A DNA stretch of 63,095 nt, filler included, from Saprolegnia diclina VS20 (Eukaryota), in assembly GCF_000281045.1 (NCBI RefSeq). It is 4 parts of 2 records of this genome, joined end to end, with 100 filler letters (N's around TTAATTAATTAA, not from the genome) between each part and the next. Parts side by side here need not be neighbours in the genome. Positions count along the whole stretch, not along the records: positions 30,507 to 54,277 come from NW_008246086.1; 3 more parts are not named here. One strand, written 5' to 3'. The notes beneath the pieces are model-generated. The model made no database searches, was not told the origin of the DNA, and worked only from the letters and a program-made list of their open reading frames with translations. Shown one piece after another: positions 37,539 to 50,817 of the stretch. The position numbers and the translations under genes were made by a program. The stretch's first letter is position 1, and every line of letters begins with the position of its first letter.

Positions 37539-40500
37539 ATGGTCCGGCCCCTTGCCGAGGACATCGCTAGCGCGCTGGCCGAACTGCCCCGCTCGGCGCC
37601 GGACGCCATCGTATTGGCCAGGCGCATCGCGCTTGCGCTTCCGAGCGCGCAAGCGGCAGACATGCCAGCCATGCTCGCTTGCCTTCGCCAGCTGGCCCGT
37701 AAGTACCCTCATCGCCTCTTCATCATCTCGGCCCTCTGGTCGCCTGCGTTGGCGTCGCTCCTCGTACAACACGCCAACGCGCCTCACGCCAACGTGGCGC
37801 GCCTCGTCGCGGTCGTACTCACGTGCCCATCTTTCAAGGGCTCCGTGGACGGTATCAAGGCCCTCTTGTTCACACGCAGCTTCCTGCAGCGGGTCGGGGC
37901 AGGCCTTTCCGCATCCGACGACCCGCTTGACAGCACCATCTACGCGTGGGCGGATCTGGCCGCGCAGGTGGCACGCCGTAGCGATATTGCGGCCCTCGAG
38001 CGACGCGGCGCGGAACAGGCCAAGCACCCCGCGACGGCCAGCCGAGTACTCGGCGCCGCCAACGGCATCCTCGCAGACCTCAAGGAGCTCGCCAAAAACC
38101 CAGACGAGACTTGTGGGGTGCTGCTCATCGTGCTCGCGTACGTGACCCGATACGGCCAAGAACTCGCAGAAAGTACGCCGGCCGAGCTCGTCGCCTTGGC
38201 CGCTGACGTGCAGCAGTTTGCCGGCAAAGACAATACGCCGGCCACCCGCGATGTGGCGCTCGACGTGCTCACGGCGATCGTCTCGCGGACGAGTACCTTC
38301 GACCCCGCGTTCTTGACGAGCATCGCGACGGACCGCGCTGCCTCGGACGCCGAACGGCGCTTTGTTGCGGCGTGCGTGCTTGCCGCGCCGACGCTCCAGA
38401 CGGTCGATGAGGCACAACGCGTGCTTGCGTCGGCGCTCCCCAGTGCTTTTGATGCGGCGCCCACTTCTCTGGTCGTTCTGGCGCTCGCATTGGCCGACTT
38501 GGCGCCGTCTAGCGGGCCCAGCCTCCAAAATGTGGTAGCTGCAGCGCTGGGTCTTGTGCTTTCTCGCGATCTGCAGCTCGCGTTGGGACTCTGCGTGGCC
38601 GTGCTCGGCGGCGCAGGCGGCCCATTCCAAGTATGGCAATTTGTGGCTTCGCGCCACGAACGCCAATTCCACGCCGAGGCTCTCCACGTCGACGAGCGCA
38701 GCTCACTGTCGACATCATGGGCAGCGATTACCGAGGCAGCGCCAATGGCCTCTAGTCCGACTATCGAGTCGCTCGTCGGAAGCGCCAAAGAGCCAGACGC
38801 CGCCGCGCCATCCACGCCCAACGTGCGCTTCACGCCTGCACTCCCGGGTTTCGTCGATGTCGCAGCCGTGCGTGCGATCAGTGACACGATGGAGCGCCTC
38901 ATCACTGTCTCGGTTCCCAGGTCGCTCGAGCAAGACATGCGCGTACGTCCACAGGCTTGTATGTCATTTACCAGCGATGTGTAGATGTGCGAGCTCGCTG
39001 CAATGTCCAGTGCCTCGGTGCCTGCGCTCCGCAAGCGCATGGTGGACGGCTTCTTGACGCCTCTTGTGAAGCGCATGCCCTCGAGCGTGCCGGTCAACGT
39101 CGTCCAGGAGTTGTACGACGTGCTGCATATGCTGCGCCAATGGGACGTCGCGACCTGCACCCCTACCAGGAACGACGTCGACGACTTCTTCGGGTACGAA
39201 ATCCGTCGACTACGACTTCATGGCTCTCATCTCGACCTCGTAGGCCACTCCAATCCGAATTGTGTCGCATGATCGGCGAAACGCGCGACAACGCCAATGT
39301 GTGCTTCTGGGCGTGCAAGGCCTATTTGATTGTCGCTGCTGACGACTCGCGCTCGTTGGCCCCGGTCGTGGACGCTCTTCAAAGCGACACGGCGCTTGCG
39401 TTGGTGCCACTTTTGTGCAACTCAGCGCGCGCCGGCACGGCGCTGACCATTGTCGAGCAGGCATGGAGCAGCGCGCTCGTACCGTCAGCCCGTGCACTCG
39501 CTATGCTCGGCCGCTCGTGCGGTACCGAAAAACAGCACAGCAGCCGCGTCTGCACGCTGCTTAAAAAGGTAGACGCCGCTGCGTCGATCGAGATTTTGCA
39601 CGCCTTCGCCGCTTGGCTTCCCGTCTGTGCCTTCACCAAGTCTACTCTGGAAGACGCCTACCGAAATGCCTACATCACGGTGGCTCACAAAGCCACGTTT
39701 GTACTGGCGCTCTCGAAGACGGTCAAGATCAGCGATGCCCTTTGCTGGCTGGACACGGTGACGACACACGTTGTCATGTCGGATGTGTGCAAGCTTGCGT
39801 GCGTCCTCGCTGCGTCGCATCGGCCTTGGCTGCCCGTCGTCGTTGCATTTTTTGCGCGACACAGCGAGGACGAGGTCGTGGCCACCAACGTCCGTGCACA
39901 CATGGCAGCGCTCGCCAACGTGTACGAGTTCAAGTCGGCAACGGCGATGGCCCTCAACTTGCTGTGGCCCATTTTGTGGCGGTACGCTGAGCTCACGGAG
40001 GAGCTCGCGTACGACGCAACCCTCGGTCGTCGTCTCGCCGCGTTCCCTGCGCACATTTTGGGGTTCTCGTCCACGAAAGACCCGGCCTTTGCCGCCATCT
40101 TCAGTCCATTTGTAGCGTTTTTGGCCCACGCCAACGTCTTTGACCGAAACGTCGTCAAGGTCCCCCACGCGCTACAGTGCGACGACAACGAGACGGGGCA
40201 GATCCTCGCGGCGCTCGGGCGACGCACCAAGCTGCCGATCACGTCGACGGCGGCGACTTGTCGGGCTCTTGAACACGGGTTTAGCCTTCTTGAAGTGCTT
40301 CCTGGTGTCGCCGCGTGGCTTGAACGGGCTGTGCTTCCACGTTTGACCGCCGCGCATTGCGCCGCCACCGCCACGACGGTCAGCTCAGTTCTTTTTGCCG
40401 CGCGAGACCCTGGAGCCGTCGCGGCTGCACTCAATGTGCTGCGCTCGGTCTTCCGCAGTGGCTTGCCCGTTGCTGTGGATGACGGCGATGCGCAGTGGGT

Positions 40501-43500
40501 CTTGTTACGGTGCTGTCTGCACCACATTGTCGCACACCCGGAGCTCGTGATGCCCTTGTCCACCATGGTCGGATGCTTTTCCCGCACCGTGGCTTTCATC
40601 CAACACAAGCAGCGACTCTGCGACGGCATTGCCGCGCTGGAAGTCGATGGAATCGTCCGACGTCAACTTGATTGGGTGCTTGAAGACTGCCAGCCGGACG
40701 CCAGACAGTGCCTCCCGGCGCTTGCGGCCAACGACGGCAGCTCCACGCGGCAACCATTCACGAGCGTCCACTTGGCCTGCACGGCACCCACCGCGCTCTA
40801 TGCGTCCATGCTTTGCGCGGACGACGCGACGGTCGTTCTGCACGCGTTGCTCGGGCTCAAGGTGCGCTACGCTTCGCCGGCTGCCATGTTGCACATTGCG
40901 ACGTGCATCGGGCACGGCCGTGTCGCGCTACCGATGGCGCTTGATGGCAAGCAGTGGAGCGCCATTCACGAGCGTCGCCGCTCGGTGGCCCTGCCTCCTC
41001 TCGGCGGAAACGACCGCGAGATCCTCGTTGCCTCGGTCCACCAACTTGCCTTGGACGCCAACCTGACGGCGGCGATCCCTGCCATGCGTGTGTGCAGCGC
41101 GTACCCGCAAGGAGAAGAATGGTCGCGCGTGAAGGCCGAGTGCGCGCCCGGGACGCTCCCGGTGACGTGGGCGAGCATGTATGGCAAGCCCGTTGACGAC
41201 TGGGTCAAGGACACGGCACAGAACGTCGTCGCATGCTCCAACGAGCCGTATCTTGCGGCGTGCACCGACTTGGTGGCTTGCGACGTCGGTATCGCGCGAC
41301 AGTGTCTGGCCATCGGCCTTGAAAAGGTCTTTCGCGCGAATGCACACGACGCCATGTTTGCCCCCACGATCGCAAACGTCGTCGTGGACGCGCCCGTGCT
41401 TCACGGTCAAGTGCTCATCGAGGCTCTCCTTCGCGTGGCACGGACGGCGCCCAAGCTGCCACGACTCCTTCTTGCTCGGCACGCGCTTCGGTGCAACATG
41501 CCGTACTCGGCGCTCCAGTGCATCGAACTTGCGGCCGCGGACGACGTGAAGGATCTCCTTTTGGACGCGTACAATGCGATTGACGACGCCGCCAGCAACG
41601 CCAACGCGTACTGGGCGTCGACGCCGCCATCAAAGCGCCTGCGTGACTACGACGGGGTTGTGGCCGCCATCAGTGAGCGCTCGAGCTTGGGTCTGGACTC
41701 GCCGAGCACGAGCAAGAGACTCATCAACAACTGCTTTGCCGCTTTCGAGGCTGGTCAGCACGCTCGTCTGGCGTCACTGGTGGCGATAGCCAAGCAACGC
41801 ATCCTGGAAGGCGTCTCGCTTATCAGTTTCGAGCCCACGATCGCGACCGCCAAGGCCGTGCTGCACCTCCAAGTTCTGGCCAGGATCGAAGACGCCAGCA
41901 CTCATCGCCAGGTACCGGCGATGCACATCAACGGTGCATGACTCACGCAAGTGTGTAGATCCATGGCGACGGGTTGGCGCTCATCAAGCGTTGGGAGGAG
42001 AGCCACGAGCAGCTGCACGCCGAGCCGAGCGCGCTCTCGCACCTACGCAGCGTCGAGAAGCGGCTCCTTACCGTTCTTGGCGGCTTCGACATGCGAGAGG
42101 CGACTCTTTCGGACGAGCCCAAGACAAAGCTTCCCGGTCAGAAAAATGAGTCGTCGGTCGTGGCAACGCTCCGCGAGCTTGCCGAGAGCCTCCGGTACGA
42201 ATCTAACTTGTCCGCCTTTTGTGCTGGATACAACCTGGCCGTGTGTAGACGTCCCAGTCGGACACGCGATGCCTCGGCTCTTGGCTTTTTCATGCACTGG
42301 CTCGAGCACCGAGATGCGACCGGCGTGGCCGACTGCATCATACGCGAACTTTTGATCTCGGACAAAAGCGCGATTGTGCCGACAGTCGTGCTGGTGCCGC
42401 ACGCGCATGCTGTCGTCGCGCAATTTTTGCTCGCTTTCGAGGGCGCCGAAAGGGCGTTCAAGTCCGCCACAGCAGCTTCGATTTTGACGGAGAAATTCAA
42501 GAAGGCCACGAAGGCTTTTATGGAGCAAGATGCTCTCCACATCGTGCTCGCCGATTTGCTTGTCCGAATGACTCAGGATCATCCGTTTCACATGCCCCAG
42601 ATCATCGTCCAGCGGCTGTACTGTAAGCCGCCGCCGACGGCAACGCCGCCAGAGCTCCTCCCAGACGTCGCGCTCTCGTTTGTGCTCCGGCGCATGACCA
42701 AAATCCCCCAACACACACGTGACCTGGTCAACGCCACGTACTGTCTGGCCGTCATGTACGAGCGCATCGCCAAAGTCGTCGTCACCGAACGGGTCCACAA
42801 GTTTTCAGAATTCAAAGAGTTCGAGAACGCTCGCCCCGACGCAAGCGAGACGTTGCTCAAGGACGCGAGTGAGACGTGGCTCAAGACGGATTGTGTCGTC
42901 GCGAGCGAAGAGCTGATTGAGAAGGATCGGCTCATCACGACCGAGGCATTGCGCAAGAAGGGTAGCCCCGAAATGATGAAGGCGCTGAACAAGGATCACG
43001 TCGTCACGAGCAAGGCGAAGCCCAAGAAGGACGGCCTCGACGCGAGCAAGACGAAGCCCACGAATGCTCGGCCCGTCGTCTGGACGGCCAAGATCCCTCT
43101 GCGAGAAGACTGCCTGTACGACGCGAGACAAATTCCGTTTGTCGAAAACTTCGACGCGACGTTTACAACGGCCGTTGACGGTGCGCCGTCACTGTTTTCC
43201 GTGCCAATTGAGACGTGGTGCGTAGGACAATCGAAGCCCAAGATCGTCACGTGCAACGGCACGGACGGCAAAGCGTACAAGCAAGTTGTCAAGCTTGGCA
43301 ACGTGCTTCCAGTACGCCCGCAAAGACATTTCGCATGGATCGTGCTTGATTTCTGTGGCGCTAGGACGTTGCTGTCATGCGGCTCATGCATTTCTTCAAC
43401 ACGTCGCCGCTACGGGCCAACAAGTTTGCCGGGATGTTTCGCACCTACATTGTACGAAGCGACAAGGGCTCATTTTGGTACGATGGATGGGGTGTAGGTG

Positions 43501-44407
43501 AACGCGATTGCAGATATCGCCGGTGTTCTCGAGTTTGTCGGCGGCGCCGAAGCACTCTCGTCCCGCATCCTCGAAGACGACCCGACACTCGCGACCATGG
43601 ATCGTTGGGACGCCACGGTGGGCAAAAGCGGCGCAAACACCACAGTGCGCCTCCAGGTCATGGACAGTGCTCCCGTCACGCTTGGTCGGTGGTTTCTCAG
43701 CACGTTCCCAGACCCGTACGCGTGGTACGATCGACTCTTGCGACTGCGCAGTACGGACGTGTGGTGGGGTAGGTACCAAAGCCGACTCACATACACGCGT
43801 ACGCTCGCGGCGTCGTCCATGCTGTGCATTTTGATTGGTCTGAGCGACCGGCATTGCGCGAACGTTATGTTCGACACGACGAGCGGCGCCGTCGTCAACA
43901 TTGATTTTGGCATCGTTTTTGATTGCAACTGTGCGAACCATATACGAGTACCGCGACGTGACATCATTTTGGTCATAATAGTCGGCGGCGGCGAGGTCTC
44001 CGAGGCTGTGCCATTTCGATTGACGCGCAACCTGGTCGCGGCCCTCGGACCGAGCGGCACGGGTGGCTTGTTTGCCGTGGCATGCGCCGAGACGCTCGAG
44101 GTACGACATCCTACTATCACGGCAACCCATAATCCATCGCTTTTGGTTAGTTTGCGCGCCAGCACCAAGACGAGATCCTGCAACTCCTCAAGGTGCGCCA
44201 CCACTTTAGCCAGACGCCTCACGGAAGTGTACGTAGAGCGACCCGGCCGTTGCGAAAGAAGCTGTGCACTGTGTGAAAAGGCGCTTCAAGAAGTACGTGC
44301 CGCCCCAAGTCCCAATCACCATGGACACAGTCTCGAAGCTCGTGGCAGTGGCAACGGATCCCAAAAAGCTCGCCACAATGCCCACGTCGTGGGCGCCGTG
44401 GTTTTAG
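37539..44407 (+). CDS. Divergent ATM/Tel1-like PI3K-related kinase (helical N-terminus, kinase, FATC), multi-exon
   Basis: 'GQSKPKIVTCNGTDGKAYKQVVK', 'YTRTLAASSM…IGLSDRHCANVMFD…VNIDFG', 'EAVPFRLTRNLV'. FATC 'LVAVATDPKKLATMPTSWAPWF*'. Long Ala/Leu-rich helical exons upstream; 5' exon linkage is inferred. Confidence 0.8.
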
Positions 44408-44959
44408 GCTGATAGCAGTTGTACTCACTCAAATAGATTGCGGTATGTTTGCAGGCAACGGGATTCTACGCTCGTCCCGAGACCAAAGGAATGAAAGGGA
44501 GCATGCAAAGATGGAGACGCCGAGGGCGCAGCTTGATGGTCGAGCGCCGCGGCCTGGAGGTGTCAAATGCAGCGGGTGTGAGATTTGGCGGGCAACCAGT
44601 CACAACTCGCCAGCAAGCAGTGCGTTGCAATTGACCCAATAATCGTGCACACGATGGCCCTGTGATGACGAAGCTGCGCCACGAAGTGTGCCGGAGCCAC
44701 TTGCTCGTCTCGTTTGGACGTCATTTTAAGAGAGGCTTGGAATCGGCTTGTTTGCCGCCTGCCATCGCCAAGTCGCGCCGAGACTGCCAACGCAGTCGCT
44801 GCTAGCATCGGTCATGTCGTCCTGATGCAACGTGGTGGCCGCCTTTGCCAGGTCGCGCTCCGGCGCGACCAAGCGCACACTATTTGCGTCGGTTTTTTGC
44901 AGCGAAGCACCACCGAAGAAAGTGCAATTTCGATTCCATTGAACAAGAAGATCCCAACC

Positions 44960-46497
44960 ATGCACGTCGTCAAGGAGCTGCTCGACGACGACTTTGAAAA
45001 CTACGTGCTATCGACTGAGGCCAAGGCCACGTCTCGAGATTGGCGCGCTACCCCCGCTCGGCGTGCCACCGGCCGCGACCAAGGAGCAATGGCACGCCCG
45101 CATCCCGCGCCATGTCGGCCTATCTCGTCAATAGCCGCGGCGACGTTCTCCATGCGACCACGGACCGCGACGGCCACCTCGCGACGCGCAAGGTATTTGG
45201 CCTTCCGCACCTCGCCGAGGCGCACCCGGACACCCAGTATGAAAACGCCTCGATGGCCGCGATCGCGCCGGACGCGCTTGTGCTCTCGGATGGCACGGGC
45301 GAGCTCATTGTGCTGAGCGGCGACGCCATCAGCCCCTGGAGCATCCGCTTCTCCGGCTCGCCGTTTGGCAAGCCAACCTCGTTGACGCTTCTCGAAGCGC
45401 GTCTCGAGAACGAGTACTTTGTCCACGGCGTCGCCTCGCAGCTGCTCTTTCCGACAAGCGCGGACGCAAGCGGCAGCACGTATGCGATCTCCGCCTTCTC
45501 GATCAACTTGCAGAGCGGGTCGGTCACCACAACGCTCGTCTACACGGGCGGGAAGCCCCTCGGGTACGCCTCGTTCGCGTCGGCCACCGACGTGCTCTTG
45601 CTCGTCGAAGGGCCCCACGAGCTCAAAGTATCGTTGCAGCAACCACCGCCGACGTTGTCACCCATCGTGCACAAGCGACCGCACAGTGATAGCGCCGACG
45701 ACGACGCCGACGGCCCGGAGCTGCTCAAGTGCCCGCGCGCCGGCATCGGATTCGACGGCGTCCACCAGAGCCCGCACGTGCCCGCGTCATCGCTAGGCCA
45801 CGCGACAGACGCAACCAGTCTCTACGATCGGTTTGTCACGTCGTCGACGCCGTTCAGCAGCATGGAGACACCGACGTCGTCGGCCCCGGCGTCGGCGCCC
45901 GTACCGGACGAGAGCGCGCGGATTGAGATTCCGACGCCCGACTCGATCCTCGGTGGCTTCGAAGAGTGCGACGACCTCGACCCGAACGCCACGGCGGTCT
46001 TGTACCGCTATGACGTGGCGTCGCGGGCGTGTCTCGGGCGCCTCCCGATCGACTGCCGGCGCTTCCACTTTCTCGGGTCCAGTGCGACGCCACTGCAGAC
46101 GTCGGTGACGTCCCATGTCCCGAAAACGCTCCTCTTCCAGTACGACGTGCACGGCGCTGTCTTCTCTGTGGGCGCCGACCTGCGCCACTTGGAGCTCCTC
46201 CATGACGCCACGTTTCAGGCGCTGGCGTACGTCCAAGCGTCGAAGGAGCAGAAGAAGTACCTGCAGTTCCACCCAAGTGCGTCGCTCGCGGCCATTGCCG
46301 AGTTTGAGAAGCGGCTGTTTGTGTACACAGGCCCGCAAGGCGGCGCTGGTCCGCACCGCCGACTGCACTACCTCGAGGAACTCGCGCTCAAGGCGCCAAC
46401 GATTTACGGGCTTCAGTTTCTCGACGCTTCGAGCCTTTTGCTGCTCACGCCGTCGGCGCTTCTCCGCGTCTCGATCCCGTCGTCGTCGTCGCACTAA
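44960..46497 (+). CDS. NUDCD1-like protein (5' end has frame discontinuities)
   Basis: 'LLDDDFENYVLS', 'FEECD', 'YDVHGAVF', 'HDATFQALAYVQASK' resemble NUDCD1. Confidence 0.65.
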
Positions 46498-46611
46498 GCT
46501 CTTATACTAACTAGTACTCGTTTTGTTTTTGCAAGGCCAGTCTTCAAGACATCGTCGACGAAGGACAACCGATGGAAACATGCATCTGAATTGGAAGATA
46601 GAAACGAGTGA

Positions 46612-47209
46612 TTAGATGGCGGTGGTCGTCGCGATGCGCTGGAGCTCTCGGCAGACGTCGTCGAGGCGCTTGTCGGCGCGGCTGCAGTCAAAAGCCTCGA
46701 CGTCGACGCTCGCCATGACACTGTAGAACGCAAGGACCTACACGCGTCCGTCGCTGCCTGCATCGGCCAAAATGGATGGTTCTACATGCGTCTCGAGGCC
46801 GTAGCACGAAAAGATGTGGTTCTCGCCCTTGATATGGACGGCTTGGGTCTCGTTGTGGTTGAGCGTGCTGGCTGAACGCAACGGATCATCACCACAGATC
46901 GCGAGGGACCGAGGTCGTACCAAAGAGTGCGACCGACCGCCGCAGCGTCGTGATGACCGTCGCGAGCTCGTCGGGGTTCATACTCGCGGCGTGGCCGTGG
47001 CCGGTCGTCTGCGCAATAATCTCGCCGGCGTCGTCGAGGAGACAGAGGTACGACGTGCCTAGCAGGGCACATGACGGAGAGCGCAGGCCGCGAGACGACG
47101 CACCCGGGTACACGTCCGCCACGCGGTCCAAGGTCGCGACGAGGAGGCGCCTCCGACGCTCCGTACGTCGCCGCGTCGCGCAGCAGAAGCACCGGCCGAC
47201 GATGTCCAT
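46612..47209 (-). CDS. Small multi-exon hypothetical protein
   Basis: Exon-like pieces 'MDIVGRCFCC…', 'YLCLLDDAGEIIAQ…LRRSVALF', 'QAVHIKGENHIFSCY', 'VLAFYSVM…RELQRIATTTAI*', separated by GT-AG introns. Confidence 0.5.
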
Positions 47210-48198
47210 AAAACTCGGTTTTTGGATCTTCCATGGCCGTTGGCTACTTGGTGCAATCGAACAACTTGCCGTCGAACATTGGCTCGCGTAAAAGAGTTAT
47301 AGCTTATGCAGCATCGTTGGACCCATTTAACTCTCAAGCTACCAGTGCCAACGGCCTGTCAACTGCTGCAGCGTGGAAGAGTTGCAAGGGCTATACCGAT
47401 CCGTGCACCACTACTATGTGGTGGCGCCGATAGCTCGCAGGACGCCACGACCCGCTGCTTCCTCGTACCATGTGCGATGGAGCTAACCTAGTCGTGATGG
47501 ACAGGTTGGGGTCGTTGACACCTCGCTTGGCGGCAACCTGTTGGGTCCGAGCTCGACCATGTAAGGTGGAGAGACATGGATAGTGTAGTAGATAGTTTGG
47601 ATGCAACTGCGATTGCTTTGAGAAAAGCGACGCCAGATTCCAGATTGGAGGTTTGTTGCACGCTACCTAGATGCGGCGCGACCAGAGTTGTGAAAGGAAC
47701 GTCTGGTCTGGTCATCTGAAAACTTCAGCACTCACTCTGGCGGCCTCGCATTCGAGTGCGAAGCAGCTCAGCGGCGTCGGCTTTCACGTGGCGTCCGTTG
47801 GTCGACATCTCTCGCAACGGTACATGGCCTGCCCCAGTCGTGGGTCCCATTTGTGCTTGATGAACGATGAGAAACGAAGTGTCTTTGTCGTCTCGCGCAC
47901 CCCAGAGGAGCTGCATGTCGTTTCTTCCAAGGCGGCGTGACCGCGGGCGCTGCGGAGCTGCTGCCAGCTGTACACACAAGGGCGCGAAGACAACTACGCG
48001 ACTCTTCTTGGTCGCGACCAAAGTTGCAAGTTGCGACCCGATTCGTGGTTGAAGTGGACAAAGCACGAATAAGACATTATTGTTTTGCAGCAATAATGCG
48101 CTCCTGGGCTGCATGCCCGGGGCGGCAGGAACAGTCGGTTGAAGAATGCATCACTCCGTTCAGCAGCTCCATACGCCATCAGTCCGCGAGCGCAACAA

Positions 48199-48259
<61 letters not shown>
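48199..48259. repeat. (ATCT)n microsatellite, about 15 units
   Basis: Direct reading. Confidence 0.97.
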
Positions 48260-48498
48260 ACCAAGCTCGCAACGTGCTCACAACGCAGGCCGGTTGTTCG
48301 ACTGACATCGGGTTCACAAAATGCCTCGCGGACAGCGAGCGCAAACCTCCACCAAGATGCCTGGTTCATCCTCATTCATTTCTTATTTTTAGGCCATGNN
48401 NNNNNNNNNNNNNNNNNNNNNNNNNNNNNNNNNNNNNNNNNNNNNNNNNNNNNNNNNNNNNNNNNNNNNNNNNNNNNNNNNNNNNNNNNNNNNNNNNN

Positions 48499-48802
48499 GA
48501 CTACCCAGCAGCTGGAGGCTACCCGCTTGATGGGCGCGTTGAGGTACATGTCCGACATGAAGAGGTACTTGCACGCATTCAAGTTGCCGTTGGAGCACGC
48601 GATGTGCATGAGCGTGCTCTCGGTGCTCTTTTCGACGAGCCGGTTGACGTCAAACGCCTTGTCGTCGCCGGCCGAGAGCTCCTGAGGATTGCGATCAGCG
48701 AGAGCCCCCGTGACCGACCATCGGTACCTCGATGAGATGTTGGACCGTCCCGAGGTCGTTCGACGTGGTGGCCGCGAAGATCGTCTGCGCCAGGTCGGGC
48801 AT
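48499..48802 (-). pseudogene. Ankyrin-repeat gene fragment
   Basis: 'IFAATTSNDLGTVQHLI' and 'DVNRL…TLMHIACSNGNLNACKYL', in different frames and cut by a gap. Confidence 0.5.
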
Positions 48803-49229
48803 GCTCCTGGCCCGAAAACAACCCCACAAGAACACCGACCCAAGGCCAAGGCCGCTGTAGGATTGGCTGGAAACATAGTATTTTGGCCAATCATCGCAAG
48901 GTTGAAGTTGCTCGCTGTCCAAATCCACGTTTTAAGTGGCCGGGGTATACAAATTGTATTTACCCAGGCCCATATATGACCCAGGCCGATTCAAACGTGG
49001 ATTTTGCTTTTTGTCCAATCATCGCGCTGTATTTTTATACACTATTGTTTCGAACTCCATTTCAACTTTAAAACATATTATATTATTATCTGTATTTCGC
49101 TATGTGAGGTAGGCGGAATAGTAAAATATTATGCTTCGAAACATATTTACTCTGGAGCGGCAGCAGGCAGCGAGGACGAGTTCCATGACCGACGACCTCT
49201 ATGCCCGATTAGCGGCGAGTCGAGCACCC

Positions 49230-49410
49230 ACCTCTCTCTCGGACCTCTATGACGAAGCAGGCCGCGTGTCTCGTGTCCATCGGCGTGGATGGACACGTGC
49301 TTGCAGTAGACCAGACGTTGCCGGTTGTCGAAGCGTCTTCGTCTTTTGGTGGGCTTTTCCGGCAGATTGGGGACGCGGCCTGCTTCGTCATAGAGGTCCG
49401 AGAGAGAGGT
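49230..49410. repeat. 38-bp perfect inverted repeat with 105-bp spacer
   Basis: 49230-49267 is the reverse complement of 49373-49410. Confidence 0.92.
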
Positions 49411-50817
49411 TGGCACCATGCCCAGTTCAGCAAGAACGACACCATAAGGAAGGACAAGCTGATGAAGGCTGCTCAGCGCGGGTCCATCAACGGAACCCCG
49501 CGTACTGCAAGAACCACCGTCTTCGTCAAGCGCTGCAGCATCAACCTCAAGCACTGAAGGTCACCAAGAGCACCAAGCAAACAACCACGAAAAGAGGCAG
49601 CCTGCCCCGACAAGCGAAGCGCGCTTAGCTCAACTTACCTTGATGAATTGAGTACCGTTAGTCGTACTTTCCGACATCTTCTCTGTATGCAGTACATAGG
49701 CCATACATATCTCGATAGTACCAAGTGCATCAACGCAGAGTAGCCCCGTCTTTTATAGCCAAGGCGATATTGGCGATTTTGGACATGTTGACGCGAATCG
49801 CGTCGTCGAGGAACTTGACGGGCCGCTCTCGGTCGACGGCCTTGGCGAAGAGGTCGGACATGTTGTTTCTCCTGCAGCTTGCGCTATTCGACGTATTCGC
49901 TGCAGATGAGATGGCCAAAGTGCTTGTGCGAGCCGGGCCATTGACATAGCGCGACTACTACTTCTCGCTCCCGCCCAACGTCGACCAAATGCAGCGCTAC
50001 GCTGGGAAGCTCTTGATCTTAGCCAATATGACGCTCTGCGCCGCCTATGCGGGCAAGTCGTGGAGTGTATGGGCATAATGCCGACGGCGCGTTCTTGGAT
50101 GCGACGTCAATCGGGTACGCGGCCATGGCCATGTGCCCCATCCAAGCTTTTCATGGTCGCTGCCTACCTCACGTAGACGTGCGCGGCTACCAACAAGTCG
50201 TGCCTACTCGCGCTCTGCAAGCTCCTCGCGTTCGCAAGCCATTTTGCAAATCTACCCACTGTGTGATGGCGCGTCCGCTGTCGCTGGAAGACTTGCTAGG
50301 TAAAGAGAGACGAGCAACTTGGCGATTGTGTTTGAATAGGACGTCGTCCCCGAAACACACCAGTTATGGCGTAGAGATGCCCAACACGGTTGTGCAATGC
50401 GGCTCGCATCGCGAATGGCGTCTCAGGCTCGGTTTTCTGCACGTGCGGGTATGTGAACTATGCACATCGCAAATTCGTAATAAATCACAGAAATTCGTAA
50501 TAAATCACAGAAATACGAGCAACTTAGCGGGGACCATCGGCCCCGCGTTCTTGGCCCACGTCTCGTCGAAATACGTCAACACCGTGTCGTCTTCGATGTC
50601 GTCCTCGATGTCTTCCAGCTCCGGGGTGCTTTCAATCACTACAGCCTTCGACAGCCAATGTCCACTTTTGCCACTAGAATCTCTACCTCGGGAGCACGGT
50701 GCGTCGTCCCTTCACAGGGCAGGTGGAACCGAAAAGAACATGCATCTTATTTACACGCATACAGAAGAGCACCGTTGAGGCCTATATACCAAGTATACAT
50801 CGCGCGGCAGGACAAGC

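Noticed and set aside
48139..48735. ORFs with (IYLS)n peptide
   Set aside because: Translation of the ATCT microsatellite.
50471..50514. 20-bp tandem duplication (aaattcgtaataaatcacag); similar short duplications near 23829-23882 and 36175-36207
   Set aside because: Ordinary slippage duplications with no further structure.
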